Of a stretch of 24,300 nucleotides of DNA, positions 7,467 to 16,400 are shown one piece after another (positions within the stretch are counted from its first letter, which is position 1; each line of letters opens with the position of its first letter). The notes beneath the pieces are model-generated. The model made no database searches. It was not told the DNA's origin and saw nothing but the letters and a program-made list of their open reading frames with translations. The position numbers and the translations under genes are program-made. Source of the stretch: a virus (taxonomy: Duplodnaviria; Caudoviricetes); the IMG/VR virus record IMGVR_UViG_3300021139_000146, positions 1 through 24,300 of that record, one strand, 5' to 3'.

Positions 7467-10400
7467 TGCCAATGAACGTTCAAATGCCAGATGGGACAAT
7501 CATTAGTGATGTTCCAGATAATTCTACGCAAGCCGATGTTTTATCTAGGTATCAAGCATATCAACAATCTTTAATAACTCCTCCTTCTACAACTCTTGCA
7601 AATAAACCAGAAGCGCCATCTCAGCAAGCTGGTATTGGAGATTTGTTTTCTGATGTTGGAACAGCCTTAAAAGAAACGCCACGGCAAAGTTTGGCCGCTG
7701 TTTTACAAGCCTATCAAGGTAATGACCCACAAGCTATTGCTCAGAAAGATTCTTTAACCAATAGGATTATTGATAACGCTCGTACAAAAGCTGCTGAACA
7801 TGCAAGCGAACCTCATGCAAAAGACACCTATTTTGATTTGCTCGGTTATAAATTAAATAGGTCTGACATTCAGAATTTGCCACAGAGTTTGGCATTTTCT
7901 GCAACTTCTATGGGGGCTGCTGTTTTGGCTGGTCTTGGTAGCGGCATGGTGACTGCTAACCCTATCGTTGGTGTAGGTTCTGGATTAACTGCTGCTGGTT
8001 CTATTGGTTATCGTATTGATACCAACAATTTCATGAGAGATTTCCGTCAAGGTCTTGATGAAGAATCTAAGAAACAGCGAGGAATTCCTCTTTCAAATGC
8101 TGAATACTTATCTATTGTTGAATCTCCTGAGATGCAATCAACAGCTCAACAATATGGTATCAAATGGGCTGGAACTGGATCTGCTCAAAAACTAGCTCGT
8201 AAACATGGTACATACGAAGCTGGTATCGAAGCTCTTGGAACAGTTGCTGGAATTGGAGCAGGAAAATATATTTTTAAGAAAGCACTTGAAGGTGAAATTG
8301 TCAAACCTTTGTTGGCTTTAGGTGCAGAACATGGAATTGAAGTAGGCGGCGAAGCTGGCACTCAAACAGGGCAAACAAACGTTGAACGTAAGGCTGGTTT
8401 AAGTAAAGAAGCCGAACGTAGCTTTACATCTCCAGAAGATTGGGCTAAGTCATTCAAAGAAGTAGCCGGACCTACTTTACTTCAATCTTTGACAATGGCA
8501 GGTATTCCTTATGTGGCTGGTAAAGTCATGTCAGGGAAAAAAGAAGCAAATACTGTTGAACCACCTCCTGCTGCACCAGCTCCTGCTGCACCACTTCCTC
8601 CACAGGTAAGTTCTGGCTTGGTTTCTCCTGAAGATCTGGAGCAGCCTGTTGCCCCAGTGGTTCCTACAGTTGCACCAAAGGTTGAAGCAGCTGCTCCGGA
8701 GAAAAAAGCTGAAGTTGTTCATGCTATCCCCATGGGTGAGAACACCGAGTATCAGGTCATCAAAACTCCTACTGGATACACTGCCAATCTTTTTGACAAA
8801 GACTCTGGTAACTATGTTTCAGGATCAACCCGCATATTTAAGACAGATAAATTTGGGGATCAAGCAGAAACCAAAGCAATGGAGTTTGTGGCTAAAGAGG
8901 CAGAAAAAGCCAAGCCATACATGGCTCCAGAAACAAAGCCTATTGAAATTAAAGGCGAAGAGCTAGAAGACAAGCTAGTTGAGAAGGGTATTCCTATCAA
9001 CAGCAGCCAAGATGCTCACAAACTGTTTTCTGATGGCCACCCAGTCTATGGATTGCATGAACAATCTGAAGAGCCACACCTCATTCGTTCAGCTACTGAG
9101 CTGGACACCTATGCGCCTGACCAACTGATTGCTTTGCCCAAACAAGAAGCTGTTGCTCCAGTTGTCAAAGCTGAAGAGCAGCCAACCAAAAAAGTTGAAT
9201 CTGTTGTGCCAGTTGGATTCCGTTATACATTGTTGGAAAGCCCTGCTTACGAAGGTTTAACTCCATTATCTTTGGATGATGCAGATTTTGAATTGGAGGC
9301 TTTAGAAGACAACGCCAAACGTGGTCGAATGACCCCCCAAAGATTTGCTGAATCTGAAATTGGAAAAAGATTAAATACAGGTCAAATAACACAAATTTAC
9401 GAAGGATTAAGAAATGATCCTGTTGGAACAATTCAAGAATTACGCAAAAATATTTCTTCAGAAACAAAAACAACAGAAGAAAAACCTGTTGAGGAGCCTA
9501 CACCAGCAGCTACACCTTTAGCGGAGGCTGAAAAGCCAGTTGAGACTCCACAAGCTGAAGAAAAACCAGCGGAAGAAACAAAAACGCCACTGGAGATTAA
9601 AGATAAAGATCTCCAAGGGAAGTATGCTGGCATTGAAGATGCAGATGGTTTTACTGGATCAGGAGACGAAGAAACAGCTTGGTACAAGCCAAGCACGGGT
9701 GAACTAATCAACAAAGGTGTAGATGGAACTCCAGTTCAACATTACGCCGGGGATGTGACGCCACAAGGTTTGACAAACGTCACGCCAATCAATACTGCTC
9801 AAGAAGCACAAGATGCTATTGATGCTGGCAAGTCATTTGCCACGGCAGAAGTTGGCCAAGAAGTTGCCAAGCCAATTCCTAAGACAAAAGCTGAGATAAA
9901 CCAAGAGCGTCAACAGGCCAAGAAAGCTGCTGCACAGGCAGCCAAACCTGTCATCGGCGTTGAGTCTTTGGCAGAACTGGGCGAAGAACCAAAATACGAT
10001 TTGGCAACACCTGAAGGTAAGTTCAAACTAGCTCAGTCGGTTAGTGCTCACTTACTTGCAGGCAATGGATTTGCAGGCATCAACGAAGCGCGTAAGTTCA
10101 TTGCTGACTTGACAGGCCAGAAGGTCGAAGCAAACACTGCGTCTGCCAAGCAGGCTGATGAGGCCGTGGAAGTTGGTGTTGTTTTGGCTGCACGTGAGAT
10201 TGCTCAAAGCGGAGAAAGCAAAGACAAGATCTATGACCGTCTGGTAGATCTGTATAGCCGCCAACCCAATCTGGCCGTGCGTTCATCCACCAGTGTGCGT
10301 GAACAGGCTTACTCCACCCCTGCTCCTTTGGCTTATGTGGCCAGTGAATTGGCAGGTATCAACGACAAGACCACCGTTTACGAGCCAACAGCTGGTAACG

Positions 10401-13400
10401 GCATGTTGCTCATCGCAGCAGATCCCAAGAACGTCAAGGCCAACGAGCTGAACTCAACCCGTTTTGAGATGCTCAAGAAAGTGTTGCCCGGCGCAGAAGT
10501 GGTCAACAAGAACGCTATCAGCTATGACCCAGAGCTGAGTGACGTGGTGATTGCCAACCCACCCTTTGGGGCTACTGGCGAGACGTACACGATTGAAGGC
10601 AAAAACACACGAGAAATCGACCATGCCATCGTTTACAAAGCGTTAACACGGATGCCGGCCAATGGTCGTGCCGTTTTGATTGTGGGTGGTGTTCGTGCGG
10701 AGAATGAAGAAGCCCGTCGTGAAGCCTACCGCGCAGCTCAGAAACGCAACTTCTACTACAACCTGTACAAAGAGTACAACGTGGTGGATCACTTCTCTGT
10801 CAGCGGCGATATGTACACCAAGCAGGGTGCAAGCTACCCCGTGGATGTCATTGTCATTGACGGCAAAGGCCAATCACAACGTAACTTACCGGCAGCAGAT
10901 CTGCCACAACAGATTGGTTCATACGAAGAACTGAAGGAGAAACTCAATGAACGCATGGTACCCAGAGAAAATATCAGCACCAGCGGAGCTAACGTCAGTG
11001 CTGCTCCCGCAGGGGCAGGTAAGCCAGAACGATTGGGTGAACGCCCTAGCAGACAGGGTAATGAGCCTAGTGCTGAAGGAGCCAAACCCACAGCAGGCGG
11101 CAGACCAAGCGTGTCTGAAAATGGCGCTGGCGAACGTGGACAACCCAAACCAGCTGGGACAAGCGTTAGTGCTGAACAACCTAGACCTGCTAACGAACCT
11201 GAACGTGGCGGCAATCGAGGACCCGTTTCCGGCGCAGGTGAACAAGTCGGACCCAGTGGCCGAGCAGGCAATGAACGAAACGAGCCTACAGGATTGGGTG
11301 GACCTAGCGTTGTCTCAGGTACACGAGTCGAGTCTGGATTAAAAGATCGACGTGGCCAAGAAACAGAAACTGGCCATCAAGTTGCTTACGAACCTCATTC
11401 AAACGCCTCATCTGTTGGTACATTGGTGCCACGGGCGATGGCTCAGTCCATCAACAATTCTCTTGATGAAGTCGAACGCAGCGTTGGAAACGTAGAAGAT
11501 TATGTGGCTGAAGCTCTGGAAATGGATCCAGAAACTTTGCGTGAGAAGTTCTCTGCGGAACAGATTGATGCCTTGACTCTGGCCATTCGTAATGCCGAGG
11601 CAGGTAAAGGCTTCATCATTGGCGACCAGACCGGTATCGGTAAAGGCCGTGTGGTGGCTGCCATGATCCGCTACGCTTTGGTTCACGACAAGACCCCAAT
11701 ATTCGTTACTGAGAAGCCCAACCTGTACTCGGACATGATCCGAGACTTGGACGATATTGGGATGACCAAAGAATTAGCACTTGACACCAACAAGCCAAAG
11801 ATCTTTATTACTAACAGTACTGGATCAATCCCTTATACATTGTTGCGTAATGTCAATGGTGAAGTTACAGAAAACACTCTAATTCTGAAAGCTCCTAAGT
11901 CCGGCAAGGATTTGGATGGAGTGATGAAGGGGATGAAAGATAGTTTGGGTGATTACAAGGTGATATTCACTACGTATAACCAGATGCAAACTGTTAAAGG
12001 TGAAGAAACTGAACGTCAACGGTTTATCAAGCACTGGGGTGCTGGTAACTACATGATCTTTGATGAAAGCCACAACGCTGGTGGATCAGGCGAAACTCAA
12101 GCTCGTACCAAAGAACAACGTGAAGCAGAAAAAGAAGGCAAAGGCTTAGCTACTGGCCGTTCAGCATTTGTGCGTGAACTTGTCAACAATGCTGATGGTA
12201 CTTTTTTCTCGTCTGCTACATACGCAAAACGCCCCGATGTGATGGATCTTTATGCCAGCACAGATATGAAACTGGCCGTTAACAAGATCTCCGAACTTGG
12301 TGAAGCGATCAAAAACGGCGGCATTCCTATGCAGCAGATCGTGGCCAACATGCTTACCAAGGCTGGCCAGTACATTCGTCGTGAACGTACCTTTGCTGGC
12401 GTGTCGTATGACACCGTGGAAGCCAAGGTTGATAAGCAAACCGCTGAGAACATGGCTACATCCATGCGTGATGTGCTTGCCTTCTCACGTGCCAAAGAGC
12501 TGGTTGTCAAAGAGCTGCAAAAGAGTTTGGACAAATCAGGCGGCAGAGCATCTTCTACTGGTGAAAAAACACAAATTCAAGGTGCATCTTTTGGAAATAC
12601 GATGCACTGCTTGATTGATCAGATGTTGCTTTCTTTGAAAGCCAAATCATCGGTTGACCATGCAATTGCAAGGCTGAAAGCCGGCGAGAAGGTTGTGATG
12701 ACCGTCGCCAACACGATGGGTTCGTTTCTGCAAGAATATGCAAATGAGATGGGCATCAAAAATGGTGACCCAGTTAATTTGTCATTCAAAGATCTGTATT
12801 TGCGTTATTTAGAAAAACAACGCATCCTGACAATCAAACAGCCAGGTCAAAAAGAATCTCAAAAATATCGTTTAACAGATCAAGATCTCGGTCCAGAGCT
12901 GGTTGCTCAGTACAACAGAATCAAGGACTTCATCGAGAACGCTGGTTTTGGCGAGGCTCCGATGTCTCCCATCGACTATATGCACAACGAGCTGCATAAA
13001 GCGGGTTACAAAACAGAAGAGATTACAGGCCGTACTGAGAAGTTGAATTACCAAAGTGGTATACCAATCTTAGCGCCTCGTGTTGCAGACATCAAACAGC
13101 GTGTCAGTGCTGTTCGTGCTTTCAACAATGGCACAGCTGATGTGATCATCTTGAACCAATCTGGGTCTACTGGTATATCCTTACATGCTTCAGACAAGTT
13201 CAATGACAAGCGCAAACGCCACATGATCATTGTTCAGCCTGAAAATAACATTGATACGCACATGCAGATGCTTGGTCGTGTGCATCGTACAGGTCAGGTG
13301 GTTGCTCCTGCTTACTCGCAGATGATGGCTGACATCCCGGCTGAGATGCGTCCAGCTGCGGTGCTGCTCAAGAAGATGGCATCTTTGAATGCCAACACCA

Positions 13401-16400
13401 CGGCATCACGTAAGTCTGCTGTTACTGCTGAAGGTGCTGTGGACTTCATGAACGAATACGGCGGTCAAGTTGCTCAAGAATTCTTGCGTGACAACCCAGA
13501 AGTTCACCAAGCCCTTGGCGGTAAAGACGCTTTGAAATTGGGTGAAGATCCAAACGAAGCCTCAGAAGCAGACATTCGTAAGCTGACCGGTTACGTTCCA
13601 ATTCTGCCAATCAAAGAGCAAGAAGAGATTTACAAAGACCTGATTGACCGCTACAACGATTTGTTGGAGCGTGAAAACAGCATGGGAACCAACAAGCTGG
13701 AAGCCAAGGCTGTTGATCTGGGTGCTGAAACAGTCTCTTCTACGCCCATTACCGAAGCTAAAAACGATCTGTCTCCCTTTGCAGAGTCTGCAAACATGGA
13801 GCGAGTTGACGTTAAACGCACCGTTAAACCATTCTCTAAGGATGAAGTCCAAGAGATGGTCAAGAAGAATCTCAATGGCCAGACAGCTGCCGAGAAAAGT
13901 TCTTCTCTTTATGAAAACATGAAATCTAAGGGCGTTGAATATGCCAAAGATTTCGTTGCTTCGTTGCAAGCCAAGGGTGCTGACCAAGTTCGTATTGATC
14001 AGGCCAAAGGCCAGTTAAACCTTCAGCTGTCTCATATCAAATCTATTTTGAGCAACTACAGAGTTGGCACACCCATCTCCGTCAAGAATAACCAAGGCGT
14101 GTTCTTGTACGGCGTGGTGACTGATTTGGAGCATAAAGGCAAGACCAAGAATCCCATGGCTGGGTCTGATTGGAAGATGACGATTGCTTTGGCCAACGGT
14201 GATGCCAAGTCGATCAATCTTAGCTTCTCCCAAATCGGCAGCACGTATGAGCTAACTCCTGAGTCTTCCGTCAACTGGCTCAATCCAGATACCTTGCAGG
14301 CCGAGCATATTCCTTTGATGGATATGTTTGACAAAGGTGCAACTGTTCGTCGTGAAAAACGCTGGATGGTGACCGGCAACATCTTGGCTGGCTTTGCTGC
14401 AGTGAACAACATTGGTCAAATCATGACCTACACCAAGGCAGACGGCACAGAGGCTCAAGGTATCTTGATGCCTCGTACTTATGACTTTGAGAAAGCACAA
14501 CGCGAAGCACCAGTTCAGATCAAAACCGCTGACGACGCCATGCGTTTCATGCAAGAGGCGGGTGGAGTTATCTCATCTCCTGACAAGATTCTTACTATCA
14601 ACGGCCATGGCAGAAGAATTGAATTTCGTGTGCCTAAGAGTAAGAAGCAGGGCGGCACTTACTTCCTTGATTCAGGTCTGACAAATATTCTGGGTGACTT
14701 CTACAACGGCGTAGCTACCACCTATGACCCAGAAGTTGCCAAGAAGGCGATTGACTATATTTTGAATGGCCGTGACGAGACTTTGATTGCTGCAACCATG
14801 GCCAACAAAGCCAAGGAAATGTTTGCTCCTAAAGCTGCTCCTTTGGCCAACATCATCATCAAAGAAAGCATCAAAGATCGCAACCAGCGTGTACGCAAAG
14901 AGAAAATCAAAGAGTTTAAATCTCTGCGTCAACGTGCTTCATATATCTTGCGTAAGGTTGCAGAAGGCAAAACAGAACTCAGTACTCAAGAAGAGTTGAC
15001 CCGTCTGTTAGAAACAACCAAAGAGCTGAAAGCCGACATAAGAATGTTGGCTCCAAGAAATGATACGCCAGAGCATTTCTATGATAAGGCTTTGAGAGAA
15101 TACACCAAAGAGAATATCAGCAAAGAAGTGTTGGATGTTGTTTCTTACATCTACAACCGTGTGCCTTCTTTGTTGAGCGGTATCAAATTATCTGTAACTG
15201 CTGGAGACGGCAAAACAGCTGGTAACTTTGATCCAATGGAACGCCTTGTGACTTTGTTCAAGGAATCTGGCGCTGAAAGCGCAGTGACAATTCGTCACGA
15301 GCTGATGCACAGTCTTGAGCAGATGATGAATAACCAAACACGCCAAGCTCTTGTTGAAACATGGTCTAAAGCTCTGCAAGCGGCCATGAAGAAATACACA
15401 GACGAGGAGTCTCAAGCGTATTTCAAAGCCGTGTTGGATTACATTGAAAAACCCAATGAAGAAACATTCAACGCAGCCACAGACAAGATGCCCGGGTATG
15501 AGTTCTACCAATACTTGAATCCTTCAGAGTACTGGGCTGTCAATGCCGAGAAGCTGATGGCTGCCAAGATGGGAACGCCATGGCACCGGTTTGTTCAGTT
15601 CGCAAAACAACTGTTTGAAGCACTCAAGCACGTCCTTGGATTTGACAACAACCATGCCGTCTATAAAGCATTCAATGATTTGATCAAGGGCGAGACAGAA
15701 CGTTTCCACAAACAATCCTTGACTGAATTTATTCATGCAAGCGGGGCAAAGATCTCGTTCTTGAATAACGTCAAGGACATAAACGATCTGCTGGCCAAAC
15801 ATGGCCGTGGTGATGCTCCTATCCACACATCCAACACGGTGATGGATAAGTTGCTGGGCGGCATCAAAGATGCCAAAGACATTAGCGCCAAGTTAGTGGA
15901 CAACCCTCGTATAGCCGTAAATAACATGGTCGGTAACGTGGATCGTATGCTGCTTTACACCCGTGTCAAGAATACTGACTTCACTGCTGGTTTGACAGCT
16001 GCGGATGCGGCAAAGTATGGCCGTATGTTGGAAGACAGCCAAGGCCGTGCATTGGCATCGGTGGCCATGAATCAGGCTTTGAAAGCGACTCGTATTGGTA
16101 CTCAGGTGATCATGTTGGGTCGTTTGGTGTTTGACAACACGACTCAAATGTTCCATGCAGCTGCTGACAAGTACTCCATGGCCAACATCATGGGTCTAAA
16201 ACACCAACTGGAAAAGCAGATCGGTGTTCAAGGTACAGCTAACGTGATTCAGGCTTACTTTGAAGCCAAGCGTTCTCGTTCAATCGTTGAGGAATACCTC
16301 AATTGTGAAGGCAATTTGGAAGATCTGTTGACTGAACAGGCTGATCCATCGGTGTCTCCAGACCGCCAGCTGGCTTTGTTGCAGGACATTGAGGACGCCC

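Noticed and set aside
8649-8966. 105-aa +1-frame ORF in the first Pro-rich linker of the giant gene, as a second nested gene
   Set aside because: TTG start without an SD, L/Q/K-rich shadow composition, and it runs across a folded host-frame cassette, unlike 10947-11342.
10834-11271. 145-aa and 108-aa minus-strand ORFs over the linker
   Set aside because: Low-complexity antisense readings expected from the T-poor plus strand; no initiation signals seen.
11378-13420. Intein or intron in the helicase
   Set aside because: Motif spacing is compatible with SNO helicases; no intein C/S..HN termini or homing-endonuclease motifs, and no frame break.
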